From Deltaproteobacteria bacterium RBG_13_61_14 (GTDB taxonomy: Bacteria > RBG-13-61-14), in assembly GCA_001797815.1 (NCBI GenBank), contig MGQK01000094.1:1-41697 (forward strand): a DNA stretch of 41,697 nucleotides. Direction: 5' to 3'. The translations under genes were made by a program, and so were the position numbers. Under the pieces are notes generated by a model. The model was given only the letters and a program-made list of their open reading frames with translations. It was not told the DNA's origin and ran no database searches. This document shows, piece after piece, positions 1 to 9,112 of this stretch. Within the stretch, counting starts at the first letter, position 1; each line of letters begins with the position of its first letter.

Positions 1-1
1 G

Positions 2-1396
2 GTCGAGGATGCTGATCCCATCCTGGATACTGGCGAAAACATTGGCCAGGAACTGCTCGCTCTTGGCCCGTTCCTCCTCTGCCCGCTTGCGCTTGGTGAT
101 GTCCCGAACCGTGCCCACGATCCCGGTCGGCCGGCCCTGGTCGTCTTTGATCAGCGCCACCGAATAGCTGACCGGAATGATTTCTCCGCTTTTTTTCTTC
201 AGCAGATACTCGTCCCCTTCCAGAAAGCCCTTGGCCAGGAATTCGTTTCGCCGGCGGGGGAAGGCCGGATCCGAGAGCACCTCGGCCGGCACCACGATAT
301 CCCAGCTTTGGCCCACCAGCTCCTCGGATTCATAACCCAAGATTCTGCGGACGGCCTGGTTGCAGGAAAGGATGGTAAAATTCATGTCCGCCAAGCAGAT
401 TGCATACGGGAGAGCATCGTAAATGGTCTGAAGCAGGCGCCGCGACCGCTTCAATTCTTCCTCCGCCTGCTTGCGCTCGGTGATGTCCCGAACCGTGCCC
501 ACCAACCCGGTCGGCCGGCCTTGGTCGTCTTTGATCAGCGCCACCGAATAGCTGGCCGGAAAGACCTCCCCGTTTTTCCTCTTCAGAAAATAATCTTCCC
601 GTTCCAGGCGGCCTTTTTCCAGGAGTTCCTCTTGGCGGCGGAGGTGGGCGGGATCCGAGAGCAGCTCGGCCGGCACCAGGAAAGCATAGCTTTGGCCTAC
701 CAGCTCCTCCGGTTCATAGCCCAAGATTCTGCGGATGGCCCGGTTGCAGGAGAGGATCTTAAAATTCATGTCCGCCAAACAGATCCCGTCCGGGAGAGCA
801 TCGTAAATGGTCTGAAGCAGGCGCCGCGATTTTTCCAGTTCTTCTTCCGCCAGTTGGCGCGCGGGGAGCTCTGGGCGGAGTTTCCGGCCGGCCGGTTTTT
901 CCGCGGCGCTTGGGCGCTGCCTTTCCAGGAGCGCGAGCACTTGCCGGGCCAGCGCCTTCAGGCCGGCCCGTTCTTTGGCGCTCAAGTTTCGCGGCTGGCG
1001 GTCGAGGATGGCCAGCGCGCCCAGGGCATGGCCTTGGCGGGTGAGCAGGGGCGCGCCGGCGTAGAAGCGCAGCGGCTTTTTCGACTTGAGCCAGACGCAA
1101 TCCGCAAACCTTGGATCGGCCCGGCCATCGCGCACCACCAGGAGGTCTTTGCGCCGGATCGCCTGATCGCAATACGAACCTTTTCGCGCGATGCTTTTCG
1201 CCGCGAGTCCTTTGCGGGAGATCAGCCGCACCCGACCCCGGTCCACGAAGGAAATCATCGCGACCGGAGTTTGACAAAGGTCCGCGGCCAGCCGGGTGAT
1301 CTGGTCCAGGGCGGATTGGAGCGGGCGAACCAGGACTTGATAGCGGGCCAGGGCTTGGAGGCGCGTTGCTTCTTGACGAGAATGAATCGCTTTCAT
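2..1396 (-). CDS. GAF + tandem PAS/PAC sensor protein (likely histidine kinase or cyclase); 3' end runs off the window
   Basis: Manual translation from ATG at 1396 gives MKAIHSRQEATRLQALARYQ...LRFYAGAPLLTRQGHALGALAILDRQPR (GAF), then two PAS-PAC units ending RDITERKQAEEE and RDITKRKRAEEE, and the start of a third (FASIQDGISILD). It is missing from the ORF track because there is no stop codon in the window. Confidence 0.9.
   Translation of the reverse strand, partial: MKAIHSRQEATRLQALARYQVLVRPLQSALDQITRLAADLCQTPVAMISFVDRGRVRLISRKGLAAKSIARKGSYCDQAIRRKDLLVVRDGRADPRFADCVWLKSKKPLRFYAGAPLLTRQGHALGALAILDRQPRNLSAKERAGLKALARQVLALLERQRPSAAEKPAGRKLRPELPARQLAEEELEKSRRLLQTIYDALPDGICLADMNFKILSCNRAIRRILGYEPEELVGQSYAFLVPAELLSDPAHLRRQEELLEKGRLEREDYFLKRKNGEVFPASYSVALIKDDQGRPTGLVGTVRDITERKQAEEELKRSRRLLQTIYDALPYAICLADMNFTILSCNQAVRRILGYESEELVGQSWDIVVPAEVLSDPAFPRRRNEFLAKGFLEGDEYLLKKKSGEIIPVSYSVALIKDDQGRPTGIVGTVRDITKRKRAEEERAKSEQFLANVFASIQDGISILD
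85..829. repeat. Intragenic tandem duplication with 384-bp period (PAS-PAC unit)
   Basis: TGATGTCCCGAACCGTGCCCA occurs at 97 and 481, and AAATGGTCTGAAGCAGGCGCCGCGA at 421 and 805; both offsets are 384 bp (128 aa). Confidence 0.9.
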
Positions 1397-1627
1397 GATT
1401 CGGACCTGCTTAAGCTTAAGGCGCTTTTCCGGCTCGAGCCGGTCCAGCGGAAGATCTGCCGTTCTACTGGGCAGGAGTGATTACGGCACCCTCGCCACCC
1501 GAGGCAATTCCAATCATGGCCCCATTATTTCTAACCTGCCCGGCAAAGTCAAGCGGGGGCAAGCGCTGGCCGTCCCGGATTGTCAAGGCGGGAAAATTCT
1601 GGTATGTATGCACCGGGAGGAATCCTT

Positions 1628-4600
1628 ATGGCCGCATCGGCGCGAGTTCCAGTGGGGGTGCTATGCTTGTTGCTCAGCGTCAGTTTCCTGCCCGGTGCGG
1701 CGCGCGCTACGGCCAGAAGCGAGGCGCTTCCCGGGTATCACTGGCGCACGCTGGAGACCCCGCATTTCAGCGTCCACTATCACCAGGAAGAGGAGTTGAT
1801 GGCCCGGCGCGTGGCCGAGCTCGGGGAGGAGATTTATACCGAGCTGACTCCCTTCATGAAATGGACTCCCCGGGGCAAGACCCAGGTGGTGCTGGTCAAC
1901 AACCGGGACGACTTCAATGCCTGGAGCACCACCGTGCCCTTTCGGGAGATGAAGATCTTCCTGGTGCCGCCGCCGACCACCATGGATTTTGACTCGTCGG
2001 ACGACTGGTTGCGCCTGACCTTGTTTCACGAATACACCCACATCCTCCACCTCGACACGGTGGACGGGATTCCCAAGTATCTCCGCTACTTTTTCGGGAG
2101 CATTGTCTCCTATGGGTTTTTCTCGCCGACCTGGTATCTGGAAGGACTGGCCACTTACGGCGAGACGCGCTTTACCGGCGAAGGCCGGATCGGCGCGCCC
2201 CTGACCGAGATGGTGTTGCGCTCGGCCATCCTGGACCTCAAGATCCCCACGTTCGACAAACTGGGCGGCGAATCGCCGGACTGGCCCTGGGGCCAGACTC
2301 CTTATCTTTTCGGCGGCGCCTTTGTGGATTACCTGGCCCAGACCTATGGCCCGGAGAAACTGGCCGAGTTCAACCATACCTATAGCAAGGGCATGCCCTA
2401 CGGGCTTAACTCCGCGGCCATCAAGGTCTTCAAGAAGGAATTCCCCCTGCTCTGGAACGAGTGGCGCCAGTCCCTGCAAAAGAAATACGAAGCCCAATAC
2501 CAGGCCCTGGCCGGCGAAGGGATCACGGCCTCCGAGCCGCTCAGCTTCACCGGCTACGTGACCATGGGTCCGCGCTTCTCGCCGGACGGCCGTTGGCTCG
2601 CCTTTTCCACCCGCGACGCGGACCATTACCCCGCGATCGAAGCTTTGAATATGACAGCGAGTAGTGCCACCGGTTTGAAACCGGTGGCCCATAAACCTGT
2701 GCTACTAATTCCGGGCCGGAACGCTTACACTTTATCCTGGTCGCCGGACGGCAAGACGGTTTACATTTCGCGCACGACCAACCCCGACAGCGCGCTGGCC
2801 GAGAACTTCTTCCGCTATTACGACCTCTTCGCTTACCGGATCCAGAAAGAGAAGAAACACTCTTTCCGGGTGAAGCCCGAGCGACTGGCGCGCCAGGCCC
2901 GCCTTTCCCAGGTGGACGCCTCGCCGGACGGGAGCTTGCTGGCCGGGGTCGTCCAACAGATGGACCGCACCGAGCTGGTCGTGCTCTCGCCCGACGGCGC
3001 CGGGCTCAAGCCGCTGGTTCCGGCTGAGCCGGGCGTGCGTTGGGCCACGCCCCGCTTTTCGCCCGATAGCCAAAGGATCGCGGCCTCAGTCGTCCGGGCC
3101 GGCAACCGTGACATCGTGATCCTGGACCGCGAGGGCCGCGAAATTCAGCGGGTGACCTCGGATCCGGGTTCGGACCGGGACCCTTGCTGGTCGCCGGACG
3201 GCCGCTACCTGCTCTTCACCTCGGCCCGCACCGGTATTTACAACCTCTATGCCTTTGACACCGAAGCCAACGCGCTCTACCGCGTCACCAACGTGGCGGG
3301 CGGGGCGTTCCAGCCCGAGGTCTCGCCCGATGGCGCGAGCCTGGTCTTCATTTCCTATTCCTCGGCCGGCTATGACCTGCACCGGATGGCATTTGACCCT
3401 GCGGGTTGGAAGCCGCTGCCCTGGGAAGAAGCGCCGATCGAGGTTTCGGCTAGTGAGCCGCTCCAAGGCTCCGCGCCGGCCGATTGGAAAGACCACGGCT
3501 ACCGTCCCTTTAAAACCCTGCTCCCGCGCTTCTGGCTGCTGAGCTACGGGCTGTATTACGACTTCAGCTTCATCTCGGCTGAAACGATGGGCACCGACGC
3601 GCTCAACCAGCACACCTATGTTCTGGATTATTTCTACGTGCTTCCGGGCGCCTATTCCGGCGCCCAGGCGGCTTATAGTTACGACCGGGTGTGGGCCGAG
3701 TTCACCGCTTCCTATTACCGGTTCCCGGTCTATTACCACGACATCCTGTTCGCGCCCACGCCGACCGGGACCGGCGGCATCGGGCCGGAGCACCTGGAAG
3801 TGGCGGAGCGGGATTATTACGAGATGGAGCAGATCGCGAGCGCCGGCTTTACCGGCACGCCCCGGATTTTGAGCCAGGCGCTGCGGGCCGGGGTGTTTTA
3901 CCACTGGGAGCAGCGCGACCCGCTGAGCCAAATCCCGGAGGAAGTGACGGAAGCCTTGGAGCTGCGGCCCCAGAACGCGAAGTTGGTCGGGGTGGAAGCC
4001 GGCCTGGTTTATTCCACGATCGGCTCCACCGGCCGGCGCGGCGCCACGGTGCGCAACCTCGGGGTAGAGTCGGGCCGGTCCTTGGCCGTGGGTTATGAGT
4101 TTTACCGCCGGGCCCTGGGCGGGGACCTGGACCGCGAGGTGGTGACCGTGGATTACCGAGAGTATGTGCCGATTCCCAAACTCCTCCACCACGTCCTGGC
4201 CTGGCGGGTCCATTACGGCAAGGCCTGGGGCGATGACCGGGTGGTCCCCACCTTCCGGATGGGCGGCGGCTACGGCGACCTGCTCATCCCCGAGCCGGGC
4301 ACCCGTTTCTTCTCCTTGCGCGGCTTTGGCTTTGACGATTTCTGGGGCGAAGAAGCCGCCGCGGCCTACCTGGAATACCGGCTGCCCCTGACCTGGGCCG
4401 AGCACGGCTGGGGCCTGGTCCCGATTTACTATTCCGGCGCTCACCTCACCTTGTTCAGCGACGCCGGCATGGCCTGGGGCGGGGTCCTCAGCGACCGGCT
4501 GGACAACCCCAAGGGTTTTAATTCCGAAGAGCTCAACCTGGGCGCCGGCGGTGAGATAGATTTCCGCCTGCGCCTCGGCTATGGCCTGGGTTCGGAAATG

Positions 4601-4684
4601 ATCTGGCGGCTGGGCTACGCGCAGGACGTGCAGGGCGAGGGATTGGGCGGGACTTTGTTTACGTCGCTCGGGGTGTCATTTTGA
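1628..4684 (+). CDS. Omp85/BamA-TamA family outer-membrane protein with N-terminal gluzincin-like peptidase domain and TolB/PD40 beta-propeller
   Basis: Signal peptide after GGGAGG RBS (ATG 1628); HEYTH plus downstream WYLEGLATY; repeated P-x-[FW]-SPDG PD40 motifs; LRGF loop-6-like motif; C-terminal beta-strand ending LGVSF. Confidence 0.8.
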   Translation: MAASARVPVGVLCLLLSVSFLPGAARATARSEALPGYHWRTLETPHFSVHYHQEEELMARRVAELGEEIYTELTPFMKWTPRGKTQVVLVNNRDDFNAWSTTVPFREMKIFLVPPPTTMDFDSSDDWLRLTLFHEYTHILHLDTVDGIPKYLRYFFGSIVSYGFFSPTWYLEGLATYGETRFTGEGRIGAPLTEMVLRSAILDLKIPTFDKLGGESPDWPWGQTPYLFGGAFVDYLAQTYGPEKLAEFNHTYSKGMPYGLNSAAIKVFKKEFPLLWNEWRQSLQKKYEAQYQALAGEGITASEPLSFTGYVTMGPRFSPDGRWLAFSTRDADHYPAIEALNMTASSATGLKPVAHKPVLLIPGRNAYTLSWSPDGKTVYISRTTNPDSALAENFFRYYDLFAYRIQKEKKHSFRVKPERLARQARLSQVDASPDGSLLAGVVQQMDRTELVVLSPDGAGLKPLVPAEPGVRWATPRFSPDSQRIAASVVRAGNRDIVILDREGREIQRVTSDPGSDRDPCWSPDGRYLLFTSARTGIYNLYAFDTEANALYRVTNVAGGAFQPEVSPDGASLVFISYSSAGYDLHRMAFDPAGWKPLPWEEAPIEVSASEPLQGSAPADWKDHGYRPFKTLLPRFWLLSYGLYYDFSFISAETMGTDALNQHTYVLDYFYVLPGAYSGAQAAYSYDRVWAEFTASYYRFPVYYHDILFAPTPTGTGGIGPEHLEVAERDYYEMEQIASAGFTGTPRILSQALRAGVFYHWEQRDPLSQIPEEVTEALELRPQNAKLVGVEAGLVYSTIGSTGRRGATVRNLGVESGRSLAVGYEFYRRALGGDLDREVVTVDYREYVPIPKLLHHVLAWRVHYGKAWGDDRVVPTFRMGGGYGDLLIPEPGTRFFSLRGFGFDDFWGEEAAAAYLEYRLPLTWAEHGWGLVPIYYSGAHLTLFSDAGMAWGGVLSDRLDNPKGFNSEELNLGAGGEIDFRLRLGYGLGSEMIWRLGYAQDVQGEGLGGTLFTSLGVSF

Positions 4685-4757
4685 TTTGTCTCGAGTTGCA
4701 AAAAAGAAAAAGAATTTACACTTGGCGTCTTCCTCTTTGAGCGAGGGACTAAAATAG

Positions 4758-5357
4758 ATGATGCCTGAAAGCTCGAAACCTCCGGCCGGCCGCTGGGTCA
4801 AGGGCAGCGCGCTGGTGGATTACGTGATGCTGATGCGGGCCAACCCGGACCTGGCCTGGGCGGAGAACCTTTTGGCCGAAGACCTGGCGCAGCTCAAGCA
4901 GATGATCCTGCCGGCCTCCTGGTATCCGGCCGACCTGTTTCAGCGCCTGGGGGTGGCGGTGTTCAAGTTGGTTTCCAAGGAGAGCTATGAGGTGGTCCGC
5001 GGATTTGGCCGCTTCCTGGCCGACCGGATGAATAAGGAAAATCCGGGCCTGGTGGTGCCGGGCCGAGCCCAGGACACCTTGTCCAAATACCGGGTGATTC
5101 AAGAGCGGCTGTATTCGTTCAAGATCATCGAGATCGTGGAAAGCGGCCCGGGCCGCAGCCGGCTCCGGATCTCGACGGAGCCGGGAGACGTGGCCGCCCG
5201 CTTGCTGGCGGAAGTGACCGCGGCGACGGCGGGACGGCTGGTCGAACTTTCCGGCGGCCGGAACCTGGAGATGAAACTGCTGAAAGCGGTCTGGGAGGGC
5301 GCGAAGCAGACGACGCTGGTGGCAAGCTGGGAAGCAAGGGTGAAGAGTGAAGGGTGA
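4758..5357 (+). CDS. Hypothetical protein, DUF2378/TIGR02265-like (possible H-NOX/V4R-type fold), paralog 1
   Basis: GAGGGA RBS; VKG near the N-terminus and ILPASWYP motif; clear paralog of the next ORF. Family assignment is from recalled motifs only. Confidence 0.55.
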   Translation: MMPESSKPPAGRWVKGSALVDYVMLMRANPDLAWAENLLAEDLAQLKQMILPASWYPADLFQRLGVAVFKLVSKESYEVVRGFGRFLADRMNKENPGLVVPGRAQDTLSKYRVIQERLYSFKIIEIVESGPGRSRLRISTEPGDVAARLLAEVTAATAGRLVELSGGRNLEMKLLKAVWEGAKQTTLVASWEARVKSEG

Positions 5358-5407
5358 AAGAAGAATTGGAAAAAGCCTTCAGCCTTCTGCCTTCACACTT
5401 CACCCTT
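5336..5407. repeat. Inverted heptamer-repeat hairpin between the paralogs
   Basis: AAGGGTG-AAGAGTG-AAGGGTG at 5336-5356 faces AGCCTTC-AGCCTTC-TGCCTTC-ACACTTC-ACCCTT at 5374-5407; the arms are 16/17 complementary. Confidence 0.75.
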
Positions 5408-5452
5408 TCCCAAAGGGTTGACCCGGCGGATATCGGAAGGTAAAATCGGCTC

Positions 5453-6034
5453 ATGCCTTATGCAACCAAACCTTCGGAGGGGCGATACGTCAAGGGCGGC
5501 TTGATTATTGACTACGTGAAGATGATTCGTTCCAACCCCCAGCTCCCCTGGGCGGAGCACCTTACGCCCGAGGAACTGGAACAGGTCCAACAATTGATCC
5601 TTGCGGCCTCCTGGTATCCTTTGGAATTGTTTCAACGCATCGGACTGGCGACTTTCAAATTGATCGCCAAAGAAAACTACCAGGTGATCCGGGCCTTTGG
5701 CCGCGCCTCGGCCGACCGGATGAACGCGGAAAACCCCGGCCTGGTCAGCCCCGGCCGCGCCCGGGATACGCTCCGCAAATACCGCCTGATCCAGGACCGC
5801 CTTTATTCCTTCAGGCCGGTCCAGACCGATGACCTCGCTCCCCAACACCTGCTCATCCATACCTATTCCCTGCCTGAAGAAACCGCAGCCCGGCTGATCA
5901 TGGAGGTCGTGGCCGGCACCGTCGAACGCTTGCTCGAGCTTTCCGGCGGCCGCAATATCCAGACCAGGCTGATCGAGGCGGTCTGGGAAGGCGCCGGCCA
6001 GAACACCCTGGAAGTCACGTGGGAAGAAGGGTAG
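5453..6034 (+). CDS. Hypothetical protein, DUF2378/TIGR02265-like, paralog 2
   Basis: Shares VKG..IDYV, ILAASWYP, DRMNAENPGLV and ELSGGRN with 4758-5357. Confidence 0.55.
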   Translation: MPYATKPSEGRYVKGGLIIDYVKMIRSNPQLPWAEHLTPEELEQVQQLILAASWYPLELFQRIGLATFKLIAKENYQVIRAFGRASADRMNAENPGLVSPGRARDTLRKYRLIQDRLYSFRPVQTDDLAPQHLLIHTYSLPEETAARLIMEVVAGTVERLLELSGGRNIQTRLIEAVWEGAGQNTLEVTWEEG

Positions 6035-6106
6035 GATAGTCTCTCTGGTAAAGGGGCCCCTTCCGCGCGGAGGGGCGATCAACTAAACGAGGAACCCGGA
6101 GATCCG

Positions 6107-7216
6107 ATGAGAGGAGTCGCAAACCGAGGAGTTGTGATCTGCGCCCTGGCCGCGAGCCTGCTGGCGCTGCCGGCGCTGGCGCAAGAGACAAATCCGCTCG
6201 CGCCTTATCCGTCCTGCGAAGAGGTGCTGACCGAGATCCGGGATCTGGCCGCGGCCCATCCCGACCGGGTAGCGCTGGAAGAGATCGGCCAGAGCGTGGC
6301 CGGCCGGCCGATCCCGGCGCTGCATTTCCACCTGGGGCAATTAAACTGTTCGGGGACAGACAGGAACGTCTGTCCCCCACAAGCCCTGATCACGGCCGGC
6401 ATCCATGCCCAGGAGTTCATCGGCACCGAGGTGGCCCTGGCCGCGGCCCGGCTCCTGGCCCAGGGCGACGCGGACCAACTCCTGGCCGGCTCCGATGTCT
6501 GGGTCGTCCCCTTGCTCAACGTGGACGGCCATTGCCAGGTTTATGACGACCAGGGCAAGGGCAATAAGATCACCAAGGGCCGCAAGAACCTGCACGGGGT
6601 GGACCTCAACCGGAACTTCCCGGAGGCGGCCGGGGCCAAGAGCCGGCACCCATTGGCCGGGAACCGCCGGCCCGGGTCCAGCTACTACATGGGCCCAAAG
6701 GCCTTGTCCGAGCCGGAGACCCGGGCGATCGCGGACCTGGTCGCGGCCCATCCTTTCTACGCGGCCATCGCCCTGCACAGCGTGGCCGGGAAATACCTGT
6801 ATCCTTTCTGCTATACCCGGGCGCCGGCGCCGGAGGCCGAGTGGTTCCAGATGATCGGCCAGGCCCTGATCGAGCACCAGCCGCATCATGCCTACCGGGT
6901 CCAGCAGTCCTACTCCTGGTATCCCACTCTGGGCGACCTCGACGATTTCCTCTATATTCAATACGGCATCCTCTCAGCCACGGTTGAGGTGGGCACGGTC
7001 GGCCAGAACCTGCCCCATTTCTTTAGGACCTTCAAGTTCTTCTGGATCTCCAATCCCCAGAACGTGAGCTATTGGACGGGCAACGATGCCGGGGCCATCC
7101 TGGCCGGATTGGACCGGGCCCGGGAGCTGACCAGTGGCCGACCCCTCCCGCCCGGGGCCAAGCCCGGCCGACCCGAATCCCAGGTCATCATCTACCCCCG
7201 GACCCCGGTGCCCTAG
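6107..7216 (+). CDS. Secreted zinc carboxypeptidase, M14 family
   Basis: Signal peptide; GIHAQE (HxxE zinc ligands), DLNRNF, LHS and a late catalytic Glu (TVEVG). Confidence 0.88.
   Translation: MRGVANRGVVICALAASLLALPALAQETNPLAPYPSCEEVLTEIRDLAAAHPDRVALEEIGQSVAGRPIPALHFHLGQLNCSGTDRNVCPPQALITAGIHAQEFIGTEVALAAARLLAQGDADQLLAGSDVWVVPLLNVDGHCQVYDDQGKGNKITKGRKNLHGVDLNRNFPEAAGAKSRHPLAGNRRPGSSYYMGPKALSEPETRAIADLVAAHPFYAAIALHSVAGKYLYPFCYTRAPAPEAEWFQMIGQALIEHQPHHAYRVQQSYSWYPTLGDLDDFLYIQYGILSATVEVGTVGQNLPHFFRTFKFFWISNPQNVSYWTGNDAGAILAGLDRARELTSGRPLPPGAKPGRPESQVIIYPRTPVP
6352..6377. repeat. REP-like palindrome (10-bp stem, 6-nt loop) inside the carboxypeptidase CDS
   Basis: GGGGACAGAC-AGGAAC-GTCTGTCCCC; related copies at 21005-21024 and 37272-37295. 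Confidence 0.7.
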
Positions 7217-7225
7217 CCGGAAGCG

Positions 7226-9112
7226 ATGAACCGCCTGCAACTCCTCCTCGCCGGCGCCCTCCTCTGCGCGCTGGGGATCATCGCCTACGCCAACTCTTTC
7301 TCCGTGCCCTTTCACTTCGACGACGAGCGGCACATTTCCGAAAACCGCTATATCCGTCTCACCTCGTTTAGTGCTGCGGGGTTATGGAGCGCCATGATTC
7401 AGGACCGAAAAAACAACCGCCCTTTTTCCAACCTCACGTTTGCCCTGAATTATTGCCTGCATGGCGAGCGCGTTTGGGGCTACCATCTGGTCAATCTCAT
7501 GTTCCACCTTGGGGCCAGCGCTGCCATCTTTTTCATCCTGCTCAGAACTTTTTGCCGCGCCGGCTTGCCTGAGATCCGCCGCGATTGGGCGGCACTGGTG
7601 GCGACCGCGGTCTGGACCGTGCACCCGCTCCAGACCCAGGCCGTCACCTACATCGTCCAGCGCCAGACGGTGATGGCCTCGGCCTTCACGCTCTTCAGCC
7701 TGGCGGCATACCTCAGGGGCCGCGAGAGCGCTCAGCGAAGCCGCCGATTCTTCCTCTATTTTTTGACCAGCCTGTTCGCCATCATATCCATTGGCTCAAA
7801 AGAGATCGGCCTGATCACGCCCCTACTCCTCTTTCTCTACGAAGTTTATTTTTTCCAAAAGCTCTCCTCTGCCTTCCTGCGCCGGCGCGCCAAGACCCTG
7901 ATCTTAGCGGCGATCATTTTGGCCGCACTCCTGTTGCCCTATTTCCGGCCCGAAATGCAGAACAAAATTTTCCAGGGCTACAAGAATTGTCCGTTCACGC
8001 CCGGGCAGCGCTTGCTCACCGAGCCGCGGGTACTCTTTGATTACCTGAGCTTGATTCTCCTGCCTTTGCCCTCCCGACTCAGCCTGGAGCACGCCCCGGT
8101 TATCTCCTCCTCTCTCGTCCATCCCTGGACCACCCTGCCCGCCATCCTCGCCTGGATCGCTATGCTTTTCGCCGCAATCCGCTTCGCCCGCCAACAGCCC
8201 CTGCTCAGCTTTGCCCTGCTCTGGTATCTCGGCAACCTTTTCCTGGAATCCTCCTTCCTTCCGCTCGACCTCATGAACGAACACCGCCTCTACCTTCCCT
8301 CCCTCGCCCTGATCGTCCCGATGGTGGCCGCGTCCGTGTTCAAATGGCCTCGGTTGGGCGTCACCCTGGCGGGAATCGGAGTTCTCGTCCTGGTGCTGGG
8401 TGCAGGCACCATCGCTCGCAATAAAGTATGGCAAAATCCACCCTTGCTCTGGCGCGATGCGTTGCGTAAATCAGACGATCGGAATCGCGCCTGGATCGGC
8501 GCCTGGATCAACCTTTGTGTGGAGGAAAACGAGGCGGGCCGTTACCATGCCGCACTTTTTGCCTGCCAGCGGGCCATCCGGAATAACCCGAAGATTGCGC
8601 ATTCCTATAACTCTCTGGGAGTCGCCTATTTTCAACTGGGGAATTTCCCGGAGGCGCGAAAAGCCTTTGAACAAGCGATTGCCTTGAATCCGAACATGGC
8701 CCTAGCCTATCTGAACCTGGCTGATGTTTGCATCCAGGAAGCCAAGCCCGAAGAAGCTCTGGTTCTGCTGCAACGGACTCTTTCCCTCGACGCATCTTTT
8801 TCGGATGCCTATTTGCGTCTGGGAGAAATCTATCTGTCCCGCCATCAGCCCGAACGGGCCATCCCTTACCTCCGCGAATATTTGAGACAAAAGCCGAAAT
8901 GGATCCCGGCCTATTCCGTTTTGGCTTTTGCCTTGCTCAAAGCCGGAGATTGCGTGGAGGCAGAGAATACGGCCCGCCAAGGTCTTGGGTTGAATCCCGT
9001 CCGGCCCGAGCTGAAGATGATATTGCAAGAGTGTTCTCAACCCTTTCCGGCCAGCACCGGAGATACCGGGGGGCTTGAGATAGCCCCTTCGCCCAATCCA
9101 AAAAATCCATGA
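7226..9112 (+). CDS. TMTC-like GT-C glycosyltransferase (multi-TM) with C-terminal TPR repeats, paralog 1
   Basis: FHFDD first-loop acidic motif, RPFSNL, HPLQTQAVTYIVQR, SKE, EHRLYLP, RNKVW, followed by TPR helices. Confidence 0.82.
   Translation: MNRLQLLLAGALLCALGIIAYANSFSVPFHFDDERHISENRYIRLTSFSAAGLWSAMIQDRKNNRPFSNLTFALNYCLHGERVWGYHLVNLMFHLGASAAIFFILLRTFCRAGLPEIRRDWAALVATAVWTVHPLQTQAVTYIVQRQTVMASAFTLFSLAAYLRGRESAQRSRRFFLYFLTSLFAIISIGSKEIGLITPLLLFLYEVYFFQKLSSAFLRRRAKTLILAAIILAALLLPYFRPEMQNKIFQGYKNCPFTPGQRLLTEPRVLFDYLSLILLPLPSRLSLEHAPVISSSLVHPWTTLPAILAWIAMLFAAIRFARQQPLLSFALLWYLGNLFLESSFLPLDLMNEHRLYLPSLALIVPMVAASVFKWPRLGVTLAGIGVLVLVLGAGTIARNKVWQNPPLLWRDALRKSDDRNRAWIGAWINLCVEENEAGRYHAALFACQRAIRNNPKIAHSYNSLGVAYFQLGNFPEARKAFEQAIALNPNMALAYLNLADVCIQEAKPEEALVLLQRTLSLDASFSDAYLRLGEIYLSRHQPERAIPYLREYLRQKPKWIPAYSVLAFALLKAGDCVEAENTARQGLGLNPVRPELKMILQECSQPFPASTGDTGGLEIAPSPNPKNP

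Noticed and set aside
308-1480. 390-aa plus-strand ORF and other long antisense ORFs (for example 9037-10929, 11177-12727, 34764-36455)
   Set aside because: These are shadows of well-supported genes on the opposite strand, as expected in high-GC DNA.
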